Source: an uncultured Candidatus Saccharibacteria bacterium
Lineage (GTDB): Bacteria; Patescibacteriota; Doudnabacteria; UBA920
Reading direction: 5' to 3'
DNA: 43,559 nucleotides
NCBI GenBank assembly: GCA_964609785.1
Contig: CAZSSN010000001.1
Coordinates: 1-43,559, forward strand
Shown here: positions 8,889-16,444 of the stretch, in pieces
Position numbering within the stretch: position 1 is the first letter of the stretch
Layout: each line of letters starts with the position of its first letter
Translations under genes and position numbers: made by a program
The notes under the pieces: model-generated
The model's database searches: none
Told to the model about the DNA's origin: nothing
What the model saw: the letters and a program-made list of their open reading frames with translations, nothing else

Positions 8889-8979
8889 GTTAGTAGGAAT
8901 TTGTAATTCAATTTGTGTATAATTTCTTATATTGTTTTTAGAAGTTTATGCCTTAGCTATGGCATAAATTACTATTCTA

Positions 8980-9008
8980 ATTGTATCGCTAAACAGTAAT
9001 TCCAGCAA
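8980..9008 (-). promoter_or_regulatory. Promoter of the Hsp70 operon (TTGCTG-N17-TACAAT on the minus strand)
   Basis: -35 at 9008..9003 and -10 at 8985..8980. The ~84-nt 5' UTR contains an 8-bp stem hairpin, TTTATGCC/GGCATAAA, at 8945..8968. Confidence 0.5.
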
Positions 9009-9014
9009 ACAATT

Positions 9015-9037
9015 AAAGGCCGGTGTTGCCGGCCTTT
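9015..9037 (-). terminator. Terminator hairpin downstream of the DUF4352 gene
   Basis: AAAGGCCGG-tgttg-CCGGCCTTT, a perfect 9-bp stem, followed by a T-rich tract on the minus strand. Confidence 0.6.
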
Positions 9038-9042
9038 AATAA

Positions 9043-9618
9043 CTATCTTCCTAAGTCAACCAATATGTTCTTACTGCCCCACATGCTGGCATTATACTGA
9101 AATTGGAGACCTGTAGATCCCTTTTTGATTTCGAATCCTACCCAACCAGTTTTTTTACTTTTTGCAATTACTGCACCGTCTAGTCCTAGTCCTGGATTTT
9201 CTAATGCTTTGTTAGTGACAGCTATTTGATAGCTATTACTTTCACCATCCCTTATAAACATTTGACCTAATGTTGTAACATACTGTTGGCTTGAGCTAGT
9301 ATTCTCCACTGTAACGTTTAAGTTAACCCACTCGTTGCCCTCAGTCGGTTTTGTATACTGACCACCTTGGGAGTACTCAACTTTGTTAACTGTGATAATT
9401 GCATTATCCAGCTTGATTTGATCGCCAACTTTGTAAGTTGTGTCTTTGGTTTCTTCAGCCTGCTTTGAAGTATCTCCATTATTCTCACCAACCTTTTGAG
9501 AATCAGAACTGCCACCGCTTGTCATACCAATGATGATAAAGAAAGCGATTATTACTAGTAACCAGAACCACCAGCGTTTGTAAAATTTTTTCTTCGCTGG
9601 CTTTGCTTGCTCGTCCAT
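9043..9618 (-). CDS. DUF4352-type membrane-anchored extracytoplasmic protein
   Basis: KKKFYKRWWFWLLVIIAFFIIIGM anchor, a low-complexity linker, then an Ig-like block YKVGDQIKLDNAIITVNKVEYS...EWVNLNVTVENTSS typical of DUF4352. Confidence 0.7.
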   Translation of the reverse strand: MDEQAKPAKKKFYKRWWFWLLVIIAFFIIIGMTSGGSSDSQKVGENNGDTSKQAEETKDTTYKVGDQIKLDNAIITVNKVEYSQGGQYTKPTEGNEWVNLNVTVENTSSSQQYVTTLGQMFIRDGESNSYQIAVTNKALENPGLGLDGAVIAKSKKTGWVGFEIKKGSTGLQFQYNASMWGSKNILVDLGR

Positions 9619-9874
9619 ACTTGTTTTTTCTTTCTGCCGACATGGATAACATAAAGCCCCACGCCAGCTGGCTCATTGCTGAGCCCATATCCGTTTCCAG
9701 ATATGACACATCAAAGAGTAACTGAACGCAGGGTTCAATACCTTTGATGTGTTTAACTCGTCGCCATGCCCACAATAGAAACTGTGAGTTTAGGCATTAA
9801 TTGTTAAGGTAATTATAACGATATTTAAGCTATTTATCAATTAGCTAGCTAGGCTTTAAAGCTCGTGACTCCTT

Positions 9875-11200
9875 TCATTCTGACTTAATTGATACAACTT
9901 TATCATTCAATACAATAGTGCCTTTGAGACAATTTAAGAATTCTCGTTTTTCTATATCTGATCCTTCTTGAAGGATAAACTTTGCATAATTTCTAATATC
10001 GATGTCTTTAACAACAATAGGAGTTTTAGTACCTAAAATTATTTGCTGGAACTGCTTATGGCGTTTTACTTCTCGATTAATCTTGTCTTTAATAGGTATC
10101 AACTGAATATCCAATTTTTCTACTAGTGCTTGAAATTGTTCGATAAGCTCAACTTCATTAATGTATCCAGATTTACAATTTGGGTCTTTAGATTTTGCAC
10201 ATCCATAATATACATGTCTATTAACCGATCCGTCTTTCAGCTTTTTAAACTTTTCATCAGCAGATATACCAGAACCACATAATCCACAAAACATTAGTTT
10301 GGTAAAAGCAAATTCTTTTGGCTCCTGTGTTCTCAGTACTTGATTTTTTACTTGTTCCTGAACTTGATCGAATAATTCTTTAGTGATAAGAGGCTCATGT
10401 TTTCCGTTATACCAATTGCCACTTTTTTTCGGGTATTCAAAAACCCCATAGTAGAATGGGGTTTGAAGAATAATGTATATATTGCTCAAGGAAAGATTTT
10501 TATTTCCATAAGCAGTTTTAAAGTTGAGGTCAAACTTGAGCCAGTTATAGATTTTTCTACCACTCCATTTTTCATAAGCAACTTTCTCAAATATCTGTTT
10601 TATAATTGGTGCTCTATCTGGATCAATTAACGTTTCGCATTTCCGATCCATCCGTTTTTCCTTTAGGTATCCAGTTGGTGCAGGTGCTGGCCACAATCCC
10701 ATTTCAACTCTGGTTTTTAATCCTCGCTTAACATTAATACTTTTATTATCGTTTTCAAGTTTAGCCTGCGAACAAAGAATCATTAATAAAAATTTTTCGT
10801 TCGGTGAATTTTTAAAATGTTGTCCGTAGGTTCTAATTTCGACTAATTTTTTCTCATCCATTAAATCAACGACTGAACCAAGATCGCCAGCATTTCTACT
10901 AAGCCGATCAGGTGCCCAAGTTAGTATTCCTGAATATCTACCAGTTCTAACATCCGCCAGTATTTCTTTGAATACTGGTCTTTGCCCAGATTCTTTGGCT
11001 GAATGAGATTCTCGCCTGATATCGATTATATCTAGATTCTCCTTATCGGCTATAGCTAACATTTCTTTAACTTGTGAATCTATTGAAAGGGCTTGTCTTT
11101 CATCTGATTCAGTCGACTTTCTGGCATATAGGCAGTATTTGATCCGAGCAACGGGGGCAAGGGTTTCTGCACTAAACTGAGCTGTTGTATATGTATCCAT
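9875..11200 (-). CDS. Large serine recombinase (resolvase catalytic domain + recombinase domain + zinc ribbon)
   Basis: N-terminal YARKSTESDERQALSIDSQ (catalytic Ser context), ..LTWAPDRLSRN.., and a CGLCGSG...YYGC zinc-ribbon motif. Length 441 aa. Confidence 0.9.
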   Translation of the reverse strand: MDTYTTAQFSAETLAPVARIKYCLYARKSTESDERQALSIDSQVKEMLAIADKENLDIIDIRRESHSAKESGQRPVFKEILADVRTGRYSGILTWAPDRLSRNAGDLGSVVDLMDEKKLVEIRTYGQHFKNSPNEKFLLMILCSQAKLENDNKSINVKRGLKTRVEMGLWPAPAPTGYLKEKRMDRKCETLIDPDRAPIIKQIFEKVAYEKWSGRKIYNWLKFDLNFKTAYGNKNLSLSNIYIILQTPFYYGVFEYPKKSGNWYNGKHEPLITKELFDQVQEQVKNQVLRTQEPKEFAFTKLMFCGLCGSGISADEKFKKLKDGSVNRHVYYGCAKSKDPNCKSGYINEVELIEQFQALVEKLDIQLIPIKDKINREVKRHKQFQQIILGTKTPIVVKDIDIRNYAKFILQEGSDIEKREFLNCLKGTIVLNDKVVSIKSE

Positions 11201-11271
11201 ATATAATTAATGCCAGAGATCACTAGTTTTGCTAAGGCCACTTGTTGATAACTTTTTCTAGCTCAAAATAG

Positions 11272-12780
11272 CTATTTTTCAGTCTCAACATCAACATAAT
11301 CACGATAATATAGCGTATCGTCTTCAAGGCTGTTTCCACCAAAATAAGTGATTAACCATGTAGACTCATTCGCATGCTCATCCATAGTACTATTTATCAG
11401 TAGAGAGAAGGCATCGGCAAGGTCGTCATGTTTTTCAACACCAAATCCTACTAACTGTTCAATTAGTTTTTCACAGCCTTGCCGAGGAAATTTTATAACA
11501 CCAGATTTTATTGAAGTAGAAGTAAGAGCAAGCCTTGTGCGTTTATCACCTTTGGGCTTAACAGCTTCTGCTCGGACTCCATGAACCTCTAACATTTGAG
11601 GTAATGCTTCTTGGTAAGCAACACTTTCTACAAACAACTTATCCATTTGCCCTTTCATTTGAGTATTTCTGAAATTTTTCATTAACTCCACTTGAGCAGG
11701 GAAATTTATTTTTTCCATAATAGGGTTAGGTAAGATATATATTCTAATTTTCTCTGCTCGACCATAAATTCTAGCTGAAACGATTGTGGTATAATCAGCG
11801 GAATCGCTGGTAGAAATAGCTAAGTCGACCCCTGCATAGGTACCACGAAAAGCTCGATGATCAGTGCTCGGTAATTCATCATAATATTGAAACCATTCAG
11901 GGTATATAACTTGGTCGTCGCTCGGAATAATTCTAAGTAAATATTCTCGTTGCCAAGATATTTCACTAGCAATATTCATTTTTTCATCTTCAATTTCTTT
12001 TATAGTTGGGTATTTTCCAGGCCATAAGCAATTATCATTTTCGTCTAGTAATGGGTACTGCTTAAATACTCCTGTAGTTTTGTTTTGTTTTATTTCATCT
12101 TTTATTCGCATTAAAAGGGAATCTTCATGTAATAAATTACCGACTATTATCAAGCGTGTATTTCTGTCGCCAGCTGGGAGAACTTCACCACGAAGCCAGT
12201 TATAAGTTTTTTCCCGACCTTCTCGCGTTTTTGTCGATTGAACATCTTCTACATCATCGCAAATAACCAAATCAGGACGATATTCGTTATGGCGTAATCC
12301 TCGTATACTTTGATCTGTTGAAGCAACTGTAATTCTTGCACCATGTTTGTTAAATACCAAAGAGTGGGAACCCCATTCATCGCTTTCCTCTTGAAATGGC
12401 CCTAAATCTTTTTTTAACAATTCATTATCTTCAAGCTCATTTCTGATATTCATCATATGTTGTTTTGCTTGGGCTTTGGTTTGGCAAAAGATAATACAAA
12501 ACTTCTTTTGCTGTTTTCCTAAAATTGCCCAAATTGGATACGCAGTTGTTATCATGGTAGATTTCCCAGATCCACGGAAAGCTACAACATATAAATTTTC
12601 AACCGCACTTTTTTCTACATGGTGAATAATCTCTTTTTGAAAGTCAGCGGTTTCGTATTTTACATAGTGAGCATAGTAAAAATGGAAAAAGTACAAGAAA
12701 CTATCTTTTGTAATTGAAGTGCGAACAAGCCGATCTTTCATCATCCTATTTACCAGAGCGGTATCTATTAATTTATTCAT
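11272..12780 (-). CDS. terL: Phage terminase large subunit
   Basis: Walker A AFRGSGKST; Walker B DLVICDDVED; RNaseH-like nuclease acidic residues (GVDLAIS..D, ESVAYQ, HDDLADAF). I prefer the start at MNKLID (12780), which overlaps the TerS stop by 8 nt. The ORF track extends it to 12834. Confidence 0.85.
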   Translation of the reverse strand: MNKLIDTALVNRMMKDRLVRTSITKDSFLYFFHFYYAHYVKYETADFQKEIIHHVEKSAVENLYVVAFRGSGKSTMITTAYPIWAILGKQQKKFCIIFCQTKAQAKQHMMNIRNELEDNELLKKDLGPFQEESDEWGSHSLVFNKHGARITVASTDQSIRGLRHNEYRPDLVICDDVEDVQSTKTREGREKTYNWLRGEVLPAGDRNTRLIIVGNLLHEDSLLMRIKDEIKQNKTTGVFKQYPLLDENDNCLWPGKYPTIKEIEDEKMNIASEISWQREYLLRIIPSDDQVIYPEWFQYYDELPSTDHRAFRGTYAGVDLAISTSDSADYTTIVSARIYGRAEKIRIYILPNPIMEKINFPAQVELMKNFRNTQMKGQMDKLFVESVAYQEALPQMLEVHGVRAEAVKPKGDKRTRLALTSTSIKSGVIKFPRQGCEKLIEQLVGFGVEKHDDLADAFSLLINSTMDEHANESTWLITYFGGNSLEDDTLYYRDYVDVETEK

Positions 12781-13189
12781 TTGTTTTCCTTTCGTTAATT
12801 TTCTTAATTGATTTCGATTTAGTAATCGAAGCAAGTTTTAAGGCTTGCCTTACTACTTTTGCTTGGGAGGGAGTAAGAGCCTCGCTTTCTTCGTGAGTGG
12901 TAATCTCAATTTTATTTTTGTAATTATCATTTCTATGGCGTAACCAAAAGCTAATTGCTGGCCAGTTTTTTTCTTTGATCATGGTAAGCATTTGGCTTTC
13001 GCTCATGTCATTTACCAAAGCTACGCCATCGGCTAATGCTTTATCCATTTTCTTTGCAAAAGTAGAATCTTCTTTTCGCCACCTGTAAACACTATTTCTA
13101 GATAGTCCTGTTTTCTCGCAAGCTACTTGAACAATTGGTACTTTTGCCAGTTCTTCAAAAAATTGATTTTGTAATTTATTTTTCTTCAT
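12773..13189 (-). CDS. Terminase small subunit-like HTH protein
   Basis: The HTH segment VACEKTGLSRNSVYRWRKEDSTFAKKMDKAL sits directly upstream of TerL. The start MKKNKLQ at 13189 overlaps the methyltransferase stop by 14 nt. Confidence 0.6.
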   Translation of the reverse strand: MKKNKLQNQFFEELAKVPIVQVACEKTGLSRNSVYRWRKEDSTFAKKMDKALADGVALVNDMSESQMLTMIKEKNWPAISFWLRHRNDNYKNKIEITTHEESEALTPSQAKVVRQALKLASITKSKSIKKINERKTNE

Positions 13190-14459
13190 GGCTTTGAACA
13201 ACCGCTTTGATCCCAGTAAATGATTCAAAACGTTTAATAATAAGATCGCAAAATCTTGGTTCAAGTTCACAGCCATAAACTTTTCTACCTAGTTGCTCAC
13301 CAGCAAGTAGCGTACTGCCTGACCCAAGAAAGCTATCCAAAATAATTTCACCTGGCTTAGTACATCTTTTTATAGCTTTGTCATGTAGTGTTATAGGTTT
13401 TGATGTTGCGTGTTCGTAATTTTTCGAAGGCAACCGTTTAGCAGTCCAAATATCTATAAAGTTGTCTACTTGAGCAATTAGTTCATTGCCTGTACCAAGT
13501 TCCTTATTCATTACTTCGTTTAAATTAGTGACTGATTCAGCCAAGTATGGTCTACCGCGAACTCCATACACGACTGGCTCGTAAACTTTATTAAACGCAA
13601 CTTTTGGTACAGGATTTTGATTATTTTTTAGCCACAAACAAACCCTTTTATTACTTATCCCAAGCGTTCTGTAAACATCTTGTATTAGTCCAATATAGAT
13701 TTGATCGCACCAATAAAATACATGGGTATTGGGTGTGGAAACCGCAAGAGCGGATTTTAAGCTGTCATTAATAAAGGCTCTGTATTCTTCAAAAGTTCTT
13801 TTGTCGTTTACATTTCCACCATAATCTTGATTCCCACCAATTCCGCCATCATAGTTTATTTCTAGGTTATAGACGGGGTCTGAATAGATCATGTCCACAC
13901 GCTCATTTTGCAGTAAACGATTTAAAGTTTCTTGTTTAGTTGAATCACCGCAAATAACTTTATGTTTGCCGAGCGTGATAATATCTCCCAACTTAGTTTT
14001 AGGAACTCTAATTTTTTTCAGTTCTTTGTCGATGTCAAAATTGTCAGGCTTGGTTTCATTGTCCTCATCCCAAAATTTTGCTAACTGTATTTCATCAAAC
14101 CCTGAATTAATAAGAATCTCTAAATCAAAGGATTTTAATGATTCAAAATCCCAGTCACCACCAAGGGCATTGCTGGCAATAAGGTATTCTTTAGATTCGT
14201 CCTTGGTCAATTTGCGATTTGGTATTCGCACATCAATTAATTCACCCCCACGACCTAAAAGTTGCAAAGCCTTAATTCTTTGGTGTCCGGCAAGTATTCG
14301 ACCATTAAGGTCAATTGCTGGTATTTCCACCAGATTATATTTTTTCAAGCTACGCTTAAGATCCGACATTTGTTTATCGGTAATTATTCTTGGGTTGACC
14401 TCTTGGGGGATCAGGTCATCGATCCGTTTTTGCACAGTCTGCCATTGTAATTTCTTCAT
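13176..14459 (-). CDS. ParB-like nuclease domain fused to a beta-class N6/N4 DNA methyltransferase
   Basis: ParB/Srx motif NPRIITDKQMSDLKRSL...ILAGHQRIKAL. Motif IV-like SDPVYN precedes the SAM motif ILDSFLGSGSTLLAGEQLGRK. Confidence 0.85.
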   Translation of the reverse strand: MKKLQWQTVQKRIDDLIPQEVNPRIITDKQMSDLKRSLKKYNLVEIPAIDLNGRILAGHQRIKALQLLGRGGELIDVRIPNRKLTKDESKEYLIASNALGGDWDFESLKSFDLEILINSGFDEIQLAKFWDEDNETKPDNFDIDKELKKIRVPKTKLGDIITLGKHKVICGDSTKQETLNRLLQNERVDMIYSDPVYNLEINYDGGIGGNQDYGGNVNDKRTFEEYRAFINDSLKSALAVSTPNTHVFYWCDQIYIGLIQDVYRTLGISNKRVCLWLKNNQNPVPKVAFNKVYEPVVYGVRGRPYLAESVTNLNEVMNKELGTGNELIAQVDNFIDIWTAKRLPSKNYEHATSKPITLHDKAIKRCTKPGEIILDSFLGSGSTLLAGEQLGRKVYGCELEPRFCDLIIKRFESFTGIKAVVQSHEEK

Positions 14460-14626
14460 ACAATTTTATTAATTATCTTTCTTGATAAAATGTATGGAAA
14501 AACAAAAAGCCTATTCCACACACGAAATAGTCAAAGTTAAAAAAACTTCGTACTATTTCTTGCGCGAAATAGGCATGGCTTTACAGCGATACGCTACTCA
14601 CTTTTTACTACGCAAAAATCTAAATT

Positions 14627-15034
14627 TTAACTACTTAAGTTATCTTTCTCTAGTCTTCTTAATATTCTTTTCCCATGCACGCTTGCCATAAATTCTATGG
14701 TGTCATCGCCAGCGATAATCGGTATTTCATTTGGTATGCTAACAAGTACTTTGTAGCCGTTTTGTTCTCGTTGTCGAATATATTCTAATAATCCAGAGTC
14801 TTTTTTCAGTAGCTCAATAATAGCAGTTCTACTTTCTGAGGTAGTGGCGGTATTATCAATCGTTCCATAAATACGCCCAGGCTTCATTGATCTGAAAGCT
14901 TGCCTTATTTTTTTACCAATGGAAGTAGTTGGTTTTTTGGGTTTAGTATGGACAGCAATATCAGTAATCTGGATTGCTTCATACTTCCAACCCGCTTTCC
15001 TTACAAATGGATTTAACTGTAATTCATATTCCAT
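14627..15034 (-). CDS. Hypothetical protein, first gene divergent from the island repressor
   Basis: 135-aa ORF in the position of an early/lytic-side gene of a phage switch. No motif recognised. Confidence 0.55.
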   Translation of the reverse strand: MEYELQLNPFVRKAGWKYEAIQITDIAVHTKPKKPTTSIGKKIRQAFRSMKPGRIYGTIDNTATTSESRTAIIELLKKDSGLLEYIRQREQNGYKVLVSIPNEIPIIAGDDTIEFMASVHGKRILRRLEKDNLSS

Positions 15035-15121
15035 ATTTTGAGTTTAGCAGACAGGTGTAAAATGTCAAATAGTTATACACAAACCCTTGCATTGGGCAGT
15101 AAACCGTGTTAAATTAATAAC
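15035..15121. promoter_or_regulatory. Divergent back-to-back promoters (genetic-switch region)
   Basis: Plus strand: TTGCAT (15087..15092), N17, TAAATT (15110..15115), 6 nt before ATG 15122. Minus strand: TTGACA (15068..15063), N16, TAAACT (15046..15041), 6 nt before ATG 15034. The repeated GTGTAAAAT / GTGTTAAAT motifs could be operators. Confidence 0.5.
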
Positions 15122-15772
15122 ATGCACATTATCCAAAAACAGCTTTTAGACTTAATTGCTAATAACGAAAGTCTAGGGAAGCTAAGTCTTCGTAAGATCG
15201 CAGAACTAATAGGGGCTAAAAATAAGCCCCAAACAGCCAAATATCACCTCCAAGAGCTTGAAAAAGACGGTTTGATACAAATGAACCTTGAAGAAGGAAT
15301 CATCAAACTGGTTAGAAAAGGGTTTAATAAGGCTAGTTTTAGCCCTCTATATTCTCTCCCTGTGGTAGGCTCGGCAAATTGTGGGCCAGCGACCATTTTT
15401 GCCGAAGAAAATATTGAACAGTACCTCAAGGTGTCTTCCAAGATGATCCCAAGAAACAGAAAAGGTCTATATGCCCTTATAGCCGATGGGCCATCAATGA
15501 ACAGAGCTGAAGTCGAGCCAGGCAAAACTATTCAAAGCGGAGACTTCGCATTAGTAGATAGCCAGTACACTAATTATAAAAATGGCGACATCGTAGTGGC
15601 TGTGATCGATGGGATGGCCACAATTAAACGATATAAAAATGATAAAGCACATAACCAAATAGTGCTCGAAGCAGATTCAACCGAAAAATATTTACCAATA
15701 TTTATTCACGAGGGCGATGACTTCCTCTTAAGTGGAAAAGTTATCGGTATAATTAAAAATCAACTAAATTAA
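15122..15772 (+). CDS. LexA/CI-type repressor (wHTH + peptidase S24), island-encoded
   Basis: N-terminal HTH (LSLRKIAELIGAKNKPQTAKYHLQELEKDGLI). S24 Ser/Lys dyad contexts DGPSMN and ATIKRY. Confidence 0.85.
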   Translation: MHIIQKQLLDLIANNESLGKLSLRKIAELIGAKNKPQTAKYHLQELEKDGLIQMNLEEGIIKLVRKGFNKASFSPLYSLPVVGSANCGPATIFAEENIEQYLKVSSKMIPRNRKGLYALIADGPSMNRAEVEPGKTIQSGDFALVDSQYTNYKNGDIVVAVIDGMATIKRYKNDKAHNQIVLEADSTEKYLPIFIHEGDDFLLSGKVIGIIKNQLN

Positions 15773-15777
15773 AACAT

Positions 15778-16023
15778 ATGGCAAATTACCATGTTACGAA
15801 CCCAAAAAAATCTGACACTTGGCGTGTGGTAAAAGAAAAATCTGACCGTGCTTCTGCCACCGCAAGCACACAAAAAGAAGCTGAAAAAATTGCTAAAGAC
15901 TTATCCGCTAAATCTGGCGGAGGAGAAGTAAGAATTCACAAACCTAATGGTGGCCCTATTCGTGATAGTGATACTGTCGCACCTGGCAACGATCCTAATC
16001 CACCGAAAGATAAAAAGAATTAA
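15778..16023 (+). CDS. DUF2188-family small protein
   Basis: YHVTNPKKSDTWRVVKEKSDRASATASTQKEAEKIAKDLSAKSGGGEVRIHKPNG fits the DUF2188 pattern as I recall it. Confidence 0.65.
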   Translation: MANYHVTNPKKSDTWRVVKEKSDRASATASTQKEAEKIAKDLSAKSGGGEVRIHKPNGGPIRDSDTVAPGNDPNPPKDKKN

Positions 16024-16033
16024 TTTTTTAACA

Positions 16034-16441
16034 ATGAAACAATATAGTATATTTATTAGTCACTCATGGGCTTATGGTCACAATTATGACAACTTAATTA
16101 AGAAACTCAAATCTGACCCAAGATTTCATTTCAAGGATTACTCTGTCCCTAAAAATGATCCTATACATAATGCACCTAGTTCAATCCAGCTGTCTAACGC
16201 AATTAGAAATCAAATGCGATTTTGTGATGTTATAATTATTTTAGCGGGAGTTTACTCAACTTATAGTACTTGGATAAACAAGGAAATCGCTATTGCAAAA
16301 GGGTTCACAAATCCAAAGCCTATTTTAGCTATTGAACCTTGGGCTAGCGAAAGAACTTCAATAGTAGTTAAGAAGAGTGCTGACAAAATTGTAAAATGGA
16401 ACACTAGTTCGATTGTTTCTGGAATTTATGAATTAGCATAA
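16034..16441 (+). CDS. Minimal TIR-like protein (ThsB / DUF1863-type)
   Basis: 135 aa. YSIFISHSWAYG...DVIIILAG...STWINKEIAIAKG..KPILAI follows the flavodoxin-like TIR pattern with a candidate catalytic Glu in WINKEIAIA. The start at ATG 16034 avoids overlap with the upstream gene. Confidence 0.7.
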   Translation: MKQYSIFISHSWAYGHNYDNLIKKLKSDPRFHFKDYSVPKNDPIHNAPSSIQLSNAIRNQMRFCDVIIILAGVYSTYSTWINKEIAIAKGFTNPKPILAIEPWASERTSIVVKKSADKIVKWNTSSIVSGIYELA

Positions 16442-16444
16442 AAA

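Noticed and set aside
9726-9752. T-loop-like sequence GGTTCAATACC suggested a third tRNA fragment or att site in the middle of the island
   Set aside because: The flanking bases do not form a T-stem or an acceptor stem. The sequence is simply the loop of the 11-bp hairpin, and it has no similarity to the 19-bp att core.
9318-9775. Minus-strand ORFs 9318..9515 and 9503..9775
   Set aside because: The first is an out-of-frame overlap inside the DUF4352 gene. The second covers the structured leader, has no RBS, and would overlap the well-supported start region of 9043..9618.
14482-14691. 69-aa plus-strand ORF in the gap upstream of the methyltransferase gene
   Set aside because: It overlaps the 3' end of 14627..15034 on the opposite strand, has no RBS or promoter, and has a low-complexity hydrophobic tail. 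The region more likely holds the terminator-like hairpin CTATTTC-ttgcgc-GAAATAG (14553..14572) and the promoter of the packaging operon.
15947-16033. N-terminal extension of the TIR ORF (the track starts at 15947)
   Set aside because: The extension overlaps the DUF2188 gene in another frame. The ATG at 16034 yields the MKQYSIFISHSW start typical of TIR-like proteins.
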